Shown: positions 39,401 through 52,348 of the stretch, one piece after another | Layout: every line of letters starts with the position of its first letter | Position numbering within the stretch: the stretch's first letter is position 1 | Made by a program: the position numbers and the translations under genes | Notes under the pieces: generated by a model | Database searches by the model: none | What the model was told of the DNA's origin: nothing | What the model saw: only the letters and a program-made list of their open reading frames with translations | Source: Utricularia gibba | Taxonomy: Eukaryota; Plantae; Magnoliophyta | DNA length: 64,000 bases | NCBI GenBank assembly: GCA_002189035.1 | Contig: CM007991.1 | Span: 3,286,001-3,350,000, forward strand | Direction of reading: 5' to 3'

Positions 39401-41465
39401 CTATTCACTTCCACTACTGCACCTTGCAGCTACTCAAATGAAAAAAAAATGGAGAATCAGGATGTTAGATGGATGCAAGGTTTGGAAATGAATGAAGAAT
39501 GGATGCACACCTCCAGAAGCTTGCTTCCCTTCCATGGCTTCCTTCTTCTCTTGGCAGCTCGGGCAAAGAAACGGGCCATCCCAAAGACGCAGCTTCTTCG
39601 AATCAGTCGATCCGGCATGTATCGAGGTTCCTTCTCCAGGTTTTACTTCTATTTGACAAACAGCACACGCGAATAGCTTGAACATATTGCAGACAGGGTA
39701 CTTCGAGTTGAGCCTGTAGGTAAAACAAGAGCCCTGCAGTTACTTTTGTTGGGGGGGGGGACGTTTTCTGTGCCATGAGATCACAGCATCAAGTAAAAGC
39801 TAGAAGGTATTATCATTCAAGAGGAAAGTAGACTTGAACTGACTGATCCATGCTCACCTTTCTGACAGGGAAGCTGATTCTTCCTCAAAGAGCTCCTCCA
39901 CCACATCCCGCTCCATGTATTCATCTTCGTTATCAGTCTGAGACGACGAACCCGAAGGCTTTTTCCGGAACATGGACTTGAACACACTTTTCCCTTGCTT
40001 CTTTGGAGGTGGCATTGGAGGCTCAGGCTTCTCAGGAGGCAATATATCGATCACAATACATGTTGTATCATCACGAAGGCCCTTGGCTTGCACAGCTTCC
40101 TTCAAGAATGAGAGGTAAAAGCTCCACTTTCATGCTCCATCAAGCTAACATGAGGCAAAGTACTAAAGCACCAAGAATTACCTTAACAATGTGTGAAGCA
40201 GCAACATCAGGTGGCATCCCTCGACTACACTCGAAAGCTGTTTCTGGAGACAATGCATCCCAAACTCCATCACTTGAGATGATCAGCCTTCCACCAGTTG
40301 TTGGCAGCTGCAGACGAAAAGAACACAAATTTAGCCAAAGAAGCCGTAAAGCAGGACAGAAGTGTTCCATATTGAGACATTGCAGGACACCTTCACTTGC
40401 TTCACATAAGGGACAGGTACTATATATTCTCCTGCATCCATATCACCTATTGACCGTGAAAGACATATCCCACCAGGCCAACACCTTATAGGACCGATCT
40501 ATGAGGGAAATAAAAGCCATTGTGTTTTAAAGCTCACCCTGAAAGAGACATTACGCAATTGAAGGCTTGAAGATGAGAAAGTTGAGATACCTCTGTGCCA
40601 CAGCCAGCATTAAGGCGGCCTACCTCTCCACCACTTGCGATTATGCGTTCCCTCCTGGTTCATTGACAATCACAAACATTAAACCTGAGAATCATAGAGC
40701 TTTCCATGCTATAAATGAGAAAGGAGACTGCTATGTACTTACTCTTCTTCACTGCAATCAAGTCTGTGGTCTGCTGATAGAAAAAATAATTCTCCTTCAG
40801 CAGACTCAAGAATGCTACGAGAATCACCAACTGAAGCCACGGTTAAGACCCATCCTTCAAGTATTATGAAGGTTACTGTTGTTCCCGAAGTTTGAGCTGA
40901 ATGTTCAAAGAACAAAGAGTGAGAAGTTATGTTTTCTGGGGATCATATTGCAAAAACACATGCTTCTACGTTGAAATGGCCATACCTACTTCTTGGAAAT
41001 CTTTATCTGTTTTGACAAAACCAGCAACTAGTGCACGGGGAAGGGCCAACAGCCATTCATCAGTGTTGAGATTTGGAGGAATGGCACTTAAAACATTGTT
41101 CAATAGATTCTCCCTTGAATATATTGCAGCTCCTGATCCATTATGCCCATCAAATAGCTGTGGGACCATCCACAAATAAAAAAGTAGAAGCATGAGGAAG
41201 CAGTGACAAAAACACCACGCTTATACTTAAAGAAAAAAGAAGAAGCAGGGCTCGGTGATTGTACCGCAAAAACAGAAAATGTAGTGATCGAATCCCCCAA
41301 TGCACGTTGGCATTCAGTCTTCACAAATGTGAAATCCTCGCCTTTCTTGCTTTGGCTGGCCTGACCATGAGAAATTTCGGGTTTCTCAATCTTCTCATTG
41401 GCTAATTCCCTCTTTAACAACACAGATAACGGGACAGTGTGATTATCACCACTCTTGGACAGCAT
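39401..41465 (-). CDS. Protein phosphatase 2C (At1g47380-like clade) with C-terminal Cys-rich tail
   Basis: VPLSVLLKRELANEKIEKP, KKGEDF, FDGHNGSGAAIY, WLLALPRALVAGFVKTDKDF, LIISSDGVWDAL, GLRDDTTCIVIDILP, FACAVCQIE...GPFLCPSCQEKKEAMEGK; last exon AARCSSGSE*. Confidence 0.92.
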
Positions 41466-42276
41466 TGTTCACCAATATCTTTCTCCTAAGACCACAATAA
41501 TAAGTCCCAGTCCGGTCTACATAGAAAAACGATGGCTTTCTGCCGAGTCAAGCCTCCATTTCCCTTGACATCTGTTTTGCAATAAGCTCTATAAATACAA
41601 GGTTCATAATATTAGAATCCAACATCAAAGCATCTAAGTGATCCATCAAACAAATCCATCGATATCAGATACAATTCAATAAACGGACAGATAATCGATC
41701 AACACCCCACGATCAACCAAAACCCAGAAACGTGAAAATCATCCTCCCACTTAAAGTGGATCAAAGAGATTCAAAAGCAACGAAAGCAGAGAAAATGGGC
41801 CATCGGAAACGGAAGATTAGTGCTATAAACTAAAGGGAAACTCACGCAAAAGGCAATCAACGCAATGTGCGACTCCTGTATCCTGCAATCATCAAATAAC
41901 GCATACCCCGACATCCTGGGTTGACCCAACGCTCCCCCAGTAAACGGTTCTTCCGCGTTTCCTCGGAGAAATGAAGAGCGCGAAGGCGTAAATTAATTCT
42001 CCACCACAAACAGTTGAAGCTGTACGGTTTTTCCCCGTCCCGGGTTCCGGATGAATGACGTACATGATGCGGTCGTTTTTGGTCCACAAGTTTCCTTGTA
42101 AGAAAACGGGCGTTCTGTGTCCATTACGAAAAATTATTTTCAAATCAATAAAAAAATCAATAATTCAATCATTTGGTTCATTGACTATTCAAAAGACGCT
42201 TTAGGAATGAACTCGGTTTCCAAACCATGGTTAGCGAGAACACTGAGAATACTAACCGTGGTTAGGGTGAGGGTCA

Positions 42277-43957
42277 CTAACTAATCTCCTTCAACAGTTT
42301 ATCAAGTGCGTCACTGTTGAGCAGAATGTGGAGACACTCTTCCCCATCTGAATTCCTTCTCGTCTTCACGAGCTCATGGTCTTTGAATTCTGTGAGATGG
42401 GCATTCAGAGTTGGCTGGCTACTCACGAAGAAACGCTCCCGGCAGATCGTGTATAGATTGTTGAGTGGCATTCCTGCAACCAGGAACAAGAAATGAAGCA
42501 GATGATCCAGAGAGGAGTTTCAAATGGTAGCAGAAGGTAGATCAGTTGAGCATGCCTTCTTCATTTGGATGTGCGAGCTGATGATCTGCAATAACTTTGA
42601 AGACGTTCTGAGCATTTGGTGTCAGGCTCTTCAGAACTAAAGAGGCGGTCTTCACAGTTTGTGCACTGCCGTTGTGTGCAAGAATCAGTGGATAGGACAT
42701 CCCTTCTATGGAATAGGGAGCGTATGTGGGAGCATGGCACCAGTACCAGTTGAACTGAGTGTAGACCATCTTCTTATCCCACACTGGCATGAACAGATAC
42801 GTCACGATTTCAGGCATAAATAAACATTTTCATCCATTTAGATTCAAAGAGCAACTCCAGATGGTGATACTTACAAAGGGGTGCGTTGACGTGATCAATA
42901 GAAGCTACCATGCGTATGTGTGAGCAAGCAGCAAGTCTAGCAATATATTGTTGGGTTTCAGAATCTCGAAGGGCTGGACCGTCAATATTGTTAATCAAGA
43001 CACAAACACAGCATTCATCATTCTCCAGATGTGGTCCATCGAGAAATGAAATGATGTCATTTAAGGAACAGAAATGGAAGGAGTGTTGGTCCTTAGCTTG
43101 AGTTCCCTTCGTGAAGTTTGGGCGTGTTTTCAACTGATCTGAGAGAAGTTCAGCCAAGGCAACTACAACCTGCAAATTCAACATCACAGTTACTACAGAA
43201 ACTTTTTGATATCTATCATCATTTAACTCGCTAAATCCCATGGTAGCTTAAGGAGGTGAGCAACTTCTGAAACCACTAGTGTTCTGATTTTTTCCCTCTC
43301 TTTCTAGTGGATGAAATGCATAACCCTTGTAAAAACATGAAGAGGCTTGAAAACTCTGATAATACAAATGGGAAAACTGGGGATTCAAATGAGCACATCG
43401 CATAAACCTGTTTAAGATTGATAGACTGGAGATACCCATTGATCACGACAACTGAGTAATCAGTCAATGCTGTCGAAGCGAAGTCCTCGAGCAGTGCCTT
43501 CTTTGACCCAAAACCGTACATCAACAGCCCATAACCACACCTTCCATACAACAAGATACAAAACTTCATATCTCAGGGTTAAGAATCCAAAGGCAGCATA
43601 TGGGAGGCAATACACCTCGAGAGGAAAGCAGGGAACTACCTCAATATGAAATGCCATTCCGAGTACAAATTTTTGTAACTACAGACCAAATTGTTGATTT
43701 CTTTCTCGTGTTTAAGCTCAACGTTAGCATATGCTTCTCTCAACTCCTGTAAATTTCAGTAAATTCAGCATTCTCAACAGACGCACAAAAAATATAGCAT
43801 GGAAACCACAAAGGAACCATGAGAACACCTGCTCATCGACCACATCTATTTCGGAGAGTTTGCGTGCAGATTTTTTGCCAGAGCCCCTCAGTTCTTTAGC
43901 CAAGAAGTAGTTCCTGGAGAACCCGAATTCCTCTTCATCAGCATCGTTCGACTCCAT
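42277..43957 (-). CDS. ORC2: Origin recognition complex subunit 2
   Basis: [98 protein letters not shown]. Confidence 0.95.
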
Positions 43958-44800
43958 TTTCGTTATGTTCAGCTCTCTAAGAGAAAACAAAAATCTGAGG
44001 ACAAAGCCCTCTTGAAGATGGATGACACCAGCGTTCTTGTGACTCTCAATCAGGAGTACACTTCAGCTACGGCACCCATGGATTTGTGCTATAAAAATAT
44101 AAAAAAAAAGATTACATAGGAAGACGGTTTTTGGACACTCCGCTTGGAATTCCCTATATATAACCAAATCAATCAAGAATCATATGAAAAAACACACAAA
44201 AGATCAGAAGTTACGCTCCTACAGAACCACAATTACTGAAACCTCCGGAAAACAAGAGACTGGGATTAAACTTTAGGAGACGAACCAGATTTGGTTTCTA
44301 TTTATTCACCCATTCCGGACTCTGCTACGCCATCTATTCATTAAAAGAAAACTCGAAAAGAATCCTTCCTTCTTACTCCATTCCTCGAAACACATTAGTT
44401 CGAAAGCTACTGTTTTCAGGGAAACACAACAGTGAACACCCAGATCAGGGCACAAAGGACATCTTCTTACATTGCCAGTTTTTACTTTTAGCAAAAGGAT
44501 TAAACAAAGATCCATAAATAAATCCAGAAATCCGCACAGAAAACAAGCCCATGGCACACACATCTTCAACATGATTTCAAAAAATCATACAAGAAACAAT
44601 CTCACGTATCTCCCATAGCTTAATGAATCTAGTCCTTAAAAATAACGGAGATCGCAAAAATTCGAACACCTTGATGGCTCTGCAAGAAAACCCGGAGACT
44701 AGATTCAACCGGCCGGCGCTCGAAATTCTTACAGAAGAACCGTGGGAATGAATCTCAGGGAGTTGAATGACCGACCACACACGCGGTTCATCTCCAGATT

Positions 44801-44812
44801 TTTCCCGCCAAA
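44801..44812. promoter_or_regulatory. Overlapping double E2F site at the ORC2 promoter
   Basis: TTTCCCGCCAAA = TTTCCCGC (+) overlapping TTTGGCGG (-), at the start of the ORC2 leader region. ORC genes are known E2F targets. Confidence 0.65.
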
Positions 44813-45063
44813 ATAAATAATATTATAAATAAATAGGAATATATTTGACAATGGCATAAAATAAATGAATATAAAATAGAAAAATTGATCATCATTTCGT
44901 TCTTTCCTAGCACGTCGTCAGTCGTCACCGGCTTGGAACTCTTCTGATACGGCGGAGATCTGATCTGAAACTGCACAGTCTCCTTCACTCCCGACTCATC
45001 CCGACTTCAAAGCAACGGAGGGAGGAACCCCCACAGGCAGGATTGAGATGAACACACCGTTGC

Positions 45064-46600
45064 TTAGATAATATGGTGTCGGAAACTGGTGGCGGCAGGA
45101 TCCATGGTGCAGGATACCCTCGACGGAGGCCAATACCGTAGAACAGATCGGCCAATGATGTTTTCAACAGGGAGAGGACCCCTATAACAATAGCAAGAAA
45201 TAGCTTCATTGTATAAGCAGTTTTCCAACACTGTGGTGCAATGCACATAGCGAAGTATGTTTACCAGTTGTGAGAATCAAAACTGTCGTTGCGGTTGTCT
45301 CCCAGTACAAAGACATGGCCCTCAGGTACAACCTGAGTGATGGAGCAGTGCTTTTCACTAACTGTGGAAGATGGCAACTTGGTGCAAACAGAAGGGCAGT
45401 GGATTTTTACCAGTGGATCCATTTTGTAGCCCAGAGGCTCCCTTATGAAGTGCTCATCCAGAGGAAGGCTGTTCACCCACAGTTTTCCACCGCGTACCTG
45501 GACAGAACTTGCTTATAGAAAGCTTTATAGAAGAAGGAAGGCTAAAGAATCAGTCAAATGATTCTTACTTCAACTCTGTCACCAGCTTTAGCCACCACTC
45601 TTTTGATGAAGAGATTTGGTAAGCTTAAGCCCTTTTCCTACAATGGAAGAAAGACATGTTAAGATGGTCATTTCTCCAGAAAAATTGTGTGTAAAGTCTA
45701 AAGAGCTACCTGTAGAAAGGATGGAGGTTTGAAGATCACAATGTCAGCTACTTCAGGACTTTTAAAAAGATAAGAAACCTGAAGATAACATCCGAGAAGT
45801 CATGAGTACTTTACTTAAACGACAGCGAAGATGTAAACCAGTACCTTTTCCGCTAAAATCCTGTCACCCACATCAAGTGTTGGGCGCATAGACTTCGAAG
45901 GAATCGACATTAACTCGGCCAAAGCAGATTTAAACAAGATGGTAACGATGAATGCAACGAAGAGAGCCTTCGCAGACTCACAACTGCAGCAAGCATTCCT
46001 CAATTCCAGCAGCCAATTACAACCACGAAAACTTCGTTGCATCTTCTTCTGACTGATTGAACTATAGCTACTCTCTGGTGAAACCTTTAGAAACCGATTG
46101 ACAGCACTCATCTGTGGCAAAACCATTATTCCAAGAGCATCATCCTTTGATGGCATCGTGAATGCTTCTGGGAACTTTTCACTATAGGTAATCCATATAG
46201 TGCTCGTAGCTATCTTACCCCTATCGAACCCGAAAGCCAACAAGAATGGCGCCTTGACAGGTTGAACCCCGAATAATCCCACAGAACGATCATCATTATC
46301 ATCACCCAGAATTCTCCAGGCGAGAAATGCGGTAATGTTAGTCTTGAGCGTAAAAGTATCAGAATATGAAACCAAATGAGGGTAATCATTGAGTTTAATC
46401 ATCTGCTTGTGCCGCAAAACCCACGGCCATGTGATGGATTCCGAGAAGCTAAGTGTGGATATCATACCCATGATGGCGAGCAGAATGATAACGGTCAGCC
46501 TGAAAGCTGCCAAGGCCGGGATCACTAAGAGGCTCATCAAAGACACAACAGGCAAACTCGTAAAAGAAGGACGAGCACTGGATTGTAAATTCACTATCAA
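45064..46600 (-). CDS. TPP: Thylakoidal processing peptidase (type I signal peptidase, TPP/PLSP2 clade); start codon uncertain
   Basis: SIPSKSMRPTLDVGDRILAEK|VSY (catalytic Ser), LFIKRVVAKAGD (catalytic Lys), FVLGDNRNDSFDSHNW|GPLP, GRSVLRYWPP; stop 45064. Confidence 0.85.
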
Positions 46601-46741
46601 GATTGCTAAAACCGGTAGCGGCGACGATGGCGGCCGCCGGCGAGCCTGTTACACGGGAGAAGACAAGGCGCAGGAGTACGGGAACAAAGAAATCAATTTG
46701 AGTGGTTTGGATGCTGTCCATTTCCTTTAGTCAAGGCTGGG

Positions 46742-46761
46742 TGACGCAAGTGCTTACGCAC
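46742..46761. promoter_or_regulatory. as-1/ocs-like element (TGA bZIP site)
   Basis: TGACGCAAGTGCTTACGCAC: two ACG half sites with canonical TGACG-N7-T(T/G)ACG spacing; an extra TGACG follows at 46764. Confidence 0.6.
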
Positions 46762-46995
46762 CTTGACGCGCAGGGACCGAAAAATAAATATCACAAAAAT
46801 GCGAGGCAAAAAATAGAATAACACAAATTAAATTGCAGAAGCCAGAAATACCCCTTCTCATAATTCATGTTGTTCGCACATTATGACCAAAGAAACCAAA
46901 ACTTGAGCTGCAGAAAACAGTTAAATCACCAGAGTCCACTGGGGAACTGGAACTTGTGTTGGGATCATGATGGGAGTAGATAAAGCAAAGCATCA

Positions 46996-48640
46996 TCAAC
47001 TTGATGGCCTCTGGCAAGCAGCAAACAGTTGCCAGCTGATGAATGCCAATGCTAGAGAAGTTAGGAGCTCGAACCCCACCACCTCAGGGAAGTGCCATCC
47101 TAACCCGAATCTCAGATAGCTATGACAATACCATGCCGAACAACATGTTAGAGAGTGTGAGAGATTTATTGATTTTCTTGTGTCATGAAATTGAAAAGAG
47201 AAGCACCTGATGATGGATGGCATTGTTGCCACAATTCCCGCAGAGAAATATATGAAAGGGATCAAAGTCTTGGGCTTGTTTTTTCGGAGCCAAATCAAAG
47301 AGCCGAGTGCAGCAAGGGATATCCTCAATACCTGAGGGAACAAAGAATGACGCGACAAGAAGAAAGTATATGGAATGCAGGAAGCAGGAGAGGTTATGCA
47401 CCAGGTTTGCATTAGCTTCTAAACCCTGAAGAATGTAGTCCCAGGTGAATTCCAGCCCCCTAGCGCCAACCCATAAGGGTACAAGCTTATGTAGGACAGA
47501 GTCCGCAAACGCCCAACCTGAAAAAATGGGCATTCAGAAAAAGATGGAAAAAGAGAACAAACTTTGCTTGTCTAGAAAATGAAGGAGCTCTCACCCAGTC
47601 CAACTGCTTGGAATTTGTGGTTTTGAGAAATGTTTCTGTGGGTTAATTGAGTCAAGGCAAAATAAATTCCAGCTACATCAATAAATCCTATCAAAGCTTT
47701 CAACAATTCCTGAGAGCAAAAAGTGAGCCAAGCAAAGAATTTTCAGAGGGAAAAACTAATTCAACAACCCTGTAAACCGCAAAAAGGAACCTTGTTGCAT
47801 GGTCTACAAAATTTCCATTGAGTAATGTTGTAAACTGGAAAATGGGAATTGCAAGCGTAATGACAAAACAGTTTCCAGAATTCTTAAATCGGATTCATCA
47901 TATGATTCAGCAGAATACCTGATACGGATCGAAACTCTCATTTTCAGATACATTGAGAAAGGTTGCAAGGAAAACAAGCTGCCATGAGAAACACAGCAAA
48001 TTTCAGAATCTAATTCAACCTGCCAAAAATATAAGCCTACAGTCACTCAATCAACCTTAACTAATGCTGTCACAGCGTAAACTACAGCTGCTTTAACGCA
48101 AGTTCCTATTGTATCATACTCGGATCTGTCACAAAAAAAAAGAGCTCATTACATCAACTGCCAAGGAATCAGCGGGGTCTTTAAAAAGATCGTAGATTTC
48201 GAAAATTAAAAATCCCTCGTGCTGAAAAATAACAGAAGGAATTTGGGTCATAAGAAACAATCCAGTGAAACCATTACCAAATCAAAAAATTCAAAAACGT
48301 AGGCATCAGCAACCTGAAAAAGGCAGGAAGAATAAATGCAAAATGCTATACTTCATCAAAAAACTACTGGTAGCTCAATACCCACAACATCAAGGTAAAA
48401 AAATTCAAATCCGCATTAGTGTCTTCCATCAATACCCGCCACTTCTGATATTAATAGGGCACATCATACATTTTTCAAGCAGCAACTTGAGCTCGAAATC
48501 TCAAGAGGAATCCCTTCCAATTAACGACATAGAAGTCAACGATGCAGAGGGAGCAAAACTTACAAAGGAGTGGCCGAATAGTAGACGGCATGAGGACCGA
48601 ACGTTAGAATTGCACAGTTGAAGAAGTGAAACACAGTCAT
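46996..48640 (-). CDS. TMEM147: Transmembrane protein 147 (BOS/Nicalin-NOMO complex subunit)
   Basis: MTVFHFFNCAILTFGPHAVYYSATP, ELLKALIGFIDVAG, NHKFQAVGL|GWAFADSVLHKLVPLWVGARGLEFTWDYILQGLEANANL, FISWQLFAACQRPSS*. Confidence 0.92.
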
Positions 48641-48726
48641 CCTCCCTGTTCCTCCTCTCTGCAGATTCAGGCTGAGAAATCGACGATTACTTTCTAGAAC
48701 TGAGACTTGATTTACTGAATCATAAA

Positions 48727-48760
48727 TGGGCCCGGCCCAGTCCCATGTCTAACAGCCCAA
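48727..48760. promoter_or_regulatory. Site II (TGGGCY) cluster in the TMEM147 promoter
   Basis: TGGGCCC, GGCCCA and AGCCCA within 35 bp of a 240-bp intergenic gap. Confidence 0.5.
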
Positions 48761-48881
48761 TATGTCATTTAATTGATAGATTATTAATAAAAAAATCATT
48801 AGAAAAAAATACAACTGAATCTGTCGACAGAAGGAAGCTGAACAGATGAACACAGACAACAGTCACCTTCTCGGAGACTAG

Positions 48882-50286
48882 TTAGTGAGGTTTTTTCTGG
48901 TAGCTGACAGGTTTGTAAAAGCTTTCATCAAAACTTACACCAAAAACTTCTGAGAATGCACTGATCAGTGATCTGTAAGCATGATCAATCAGTTCACTGT
49001 CATCCATCTCTTGCCGGAATCCTCCAGACTGGGGATCATCCCGGAGAATGTCCTTCACGGTTCCAACTTGACGATCACGGATCCCACAGGGAACTATCCG
49101 ATGAAAGGGGGCTAAATCTGTGGTGACATTCAGTGCCAGGCCATGATAGGCTATCCATTGAGACACTTTGATGCCAATGGCTGCAAGCTTCTTGTCACCT
49201 GAGATGGTGGAAAAATTCAAGATCTTCATAATGATGAAGCAAAGATGGCAAATATGCAGGAAAAATTGCTGGTATTTGGAAAGTGTTTGGTGCAGGCCAC
49301 AAATAAGAAAATTTCAAAATTCTACTGCTGGATCAGATTAGATAACAGAGGGCATAATATAAGCAAAGAGAAGAAATAGAGAATGTGATGTTTGGTACAT
49401 ATAGAGCATGAAAATTTTGAAGTCATGGTGCATCTGCTATTGCTACAAAATGGTAGCCCTAGGACCCCTTTATGTAAGGGCACGAACTTGCATTCTCGAA
49501 AATGGAGGACTAGAGAAAGGATGCCTACCAACCCAAACACCAGTCAAGCCATCAATGCGTGAAGCTTTGACTGCAAAACCAGAGAAGAGGGCACGTACAA
49601 CCACCTCCTCAAGTGCTCTCAAATACCAATGAAGATCCCTCTTGTGATACTGAAGATTGATTATGGGGTACATCACTAGCTACATATCAGTGTTTCGAGC
49701 GAAATCAGACATCTTCAGGAAATCTTTTGCAAATGGATAGAAATGTATGTGAGGAGCATATCGTAATAACAAAATGTAAGTCAGTAATGATGATAAATTG
49801 GCATTTAAAAAGTTGGATGAACAAAGTACACCTGACCAGGTCCATGGTAAGTAACTTCCCCACCACGTTCGGTTCTATAAAGATCAAAGGAAGAATCTTC
49901 AATGTCAAAGTTTACGAACTCAAGTGAACTACCAGTCCCCAGAGTATAGACAGGTTGGTGTTGAAGAACAATCAACGAATCACTTAAATCTTCGTTCTTT
50001 TTACTCAGCACTGCTTTCTCATCAACAATGGTTTTTTGCCATGACCAGGCATCTGAATAGGGAAGAAGCTCTTTGTGGAAATCATAAAGAATACACCTGA
50101 GATCATCCGTAAGCCATGCACATGATGCACAAACCGTACTACACATAAAAGTGCATAATAAAAGGATTACCTCCTCCTAGATCTCTGCTTCGCGAAAACA
50201 GTTGAACCCACAGGGCAACTATTCCTGGTATTCTGAATTTCTGATATGTGTAGCTGAAATGAGCTTGATACACTGTTGACCAACAT
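48882..50286 (-). CDS. LIP2: Octanoyltransferase (LipB), plastid LIP2p type
   Basis: [77 protein letters not shown]; transit-like first exon from ATG 50286. Confidence 0.92.
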
Positions 50287-50617
50287 TTTCTATCTCATTT
50301 TCAAAAACATTGTAGGAAATTGCAAGGAAAAAGAAGCTGCAAACAGAAAAACAGTTACGAATTAGCATCAAACCATCCCTAAATATCACGATTATACCCA
50401 TAAAACCAATCGTTCAGCACCCATACTAATGTTTCCAGAAAAAAAACTACCATTTTAACAGATGTTTCAATTGGTCGATTATCCAATCTTACGCGAAACA
50501 TATCACGCAAAGGCAAGAAAATGGTATTGTACCTAGCCGAATACCCAGACAATCTGCATCCATTTTCCAACCCAAGAAATTGTTGCCAATTTGGGTCGAG
50601 GCTATTGGTAACCATGT

Positions 50618-50672
50618 TGGGCCAACTGGGCTCAGTTCTTGGAGGGATGACATGGGCCACATGAAGTGGGCC
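50618..50672. promoter_or_regulatory. Four tandem site II motifs upstream of LIP2
   Basis: TGGGCC 50618, TGGGCT 50627, TGGGCC 50653, TGGGCC 50667. Confidence 0.6.
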
Positions 50673-51116
50673 ATTATTTTGAAGGAAAATAATATATATA
50701 ACTTTAAATAAAATATCTCCCCCTTTTTATTTTTATTTAAAATAAAAATAATTTTATATAAAATATCTTATTAAAAAATATTTGAATATTATCACATTCG
50801 AATACAAATAATGCTGGACATTTAAAATAGAATGAATATTCCATTCAAATGATGGAGATGAAGGTGGGGGATGAACTGAATTGCCTCCTGGGGATATTTT
50901 GTAAATAAAACAAAAGAATGGGGACCAGGGGAGAAAACCATATAAAGTAAAGGGACCAGAATCTTAAATGCCTAACAAGGAGGGGACCAAGGAGCAAATA
51001 GGAAGAAAGGAAGGGTGGGTGATGTGTCTGTCCATCCCCATGGGTGCAACCACAAACACATGACTAGCAGATCCCCCCTTTGAGTTTCTACTTAATTGGC
51101 AATTTCACACCATTCT

Positions 51117-51124
51117 AAACCCTA
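51117..51124 (+). promoter_or_regulatory. Telo-box (AAACCCTA)
   Basis: tAAACCCTAaa read directly in the LIP2-LPAT intergenic region. Confidence 0.4.
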
Positions 51125-51292
51125 AATCGAAAAACAAACAAGATGAAGATTTCAACATTTAGGTAGTTTTCGATTGAAGGAAATGAGATAAAATGAATTT
51201 AATTACTTGAATTTAAATAAATATGATGTAGATATATTAATTTTTGGATAATTGAGATTAAAAATAAAATTAAGTAATTTTAATTAAAGTAA

Positions 51293-51310
51293 ATATATAT
51301 ATATATATAT
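51293..51310. repeat. (AT)9 microsatellite
   Basis: Read directly. Confidence 0.85.
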
Positions 51311-51677
51311 GAAATTAAAAAAACTCTATAATTTTAAATTTATCTAAATTTATCAATTAAATACTTTATAATTTATAATAATACTTTTAAATCCATTTAG
51401 GTTCTATACTTTTAATTTATAACAAACAATTACTTAAGTTCTATACGAACCTCGACAATCAACATTTAGGTTCTCTTTAGAATTATTTTTATTTTTTAAA
51501 ATTAGATTTTCAACTTCAAAAAAAAGAGAAATATAGAAATGCATTTTATTTTTAAAAATTTGTAGAAATTCAATTTATATTCTATTAAATTAATTTTTAA
51601 AAATTAAGAATGAAATAATAATTTAGTTATTTTATAAGTGAAATAAAATTTAAAAAAAAATGGAAGATGGGCCTCCA

Positions 51678-51685
51678 CCACGTGG
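51678..51685. promoter_or_regulatory. Palindromic G-box CCACGTGG upstream of LPAT
   Basis: Read directly; flanked by TGGGCC and GGGCCC motifs. Confidence 0.4.
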
Positions 51686-52348
51686 GGACTGCAGTCCCCT
51701 ACCCAATCGGCGGCCTTGGGCTCCATTAAATTCACTGCTCGCTGAGATGTATGAGATGGGACCTCCAAAGATACGAATAGACCACGCGGCAGCGCATCTG
51801 ACGGCAACGGCCTTTCACGGGGGCCCGCTAGGAGTTGATCGACGGCGTTGTTCCACCCAATCCGGTCCACTCTACAGTGGATGAGTACCAACAGCAGAGC
51901 CTGAAGAGCGTTCATGGATGGATACTGATGGAGAAGTGAGAACTTCCCACGTTGCAAATTCAGAGTTTCCTTGTGATTCTACCCAGTAGCAGACGAAAAT
52001 GGTCTTTCATGATTGAGGTTATTGAATTTTCCTTGTGGGTTTTTCTTGAGGTATGGGGTGTGCATGAGGGAATCGGGAAGAATCGTTTTTGGTATGGCCA
52101 TCATGGTTGAGCATGAATGGAATAGGAGTGGCTGCCAATTTGTTTACAATCGTCGTGATATGCTCTGGGTTTTGCCCCAACTCTCCATGGAAGTTTCATG
52201 GGTTGTGAAAGATCATTTCTTTAATCTCATCTGTGTCCTTAAATTGTCTCTTTTCTTCTACGGGTTCTTACCTTTTTGTAGCAAGATTTGATCTTTATCT
52301 CATTTCTTCCCCCAATTCTCAGGCTATAAAAGGATCACTGGGCTGGTT

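Noticed and set aside
42262-42275. TTAGGGTGAGGGTC telomere-like bases after the ORC2 stop
   Set aside because: Two degenerate units only; not an interstitial telomeric array.
24593-46600. PNSL1 (lumen substrate) and TPP (lumen peptidase) as a functional cluster
   Set aside because: They are 19 kb apart with unrelated genes between; no shared regulatory signature seen.
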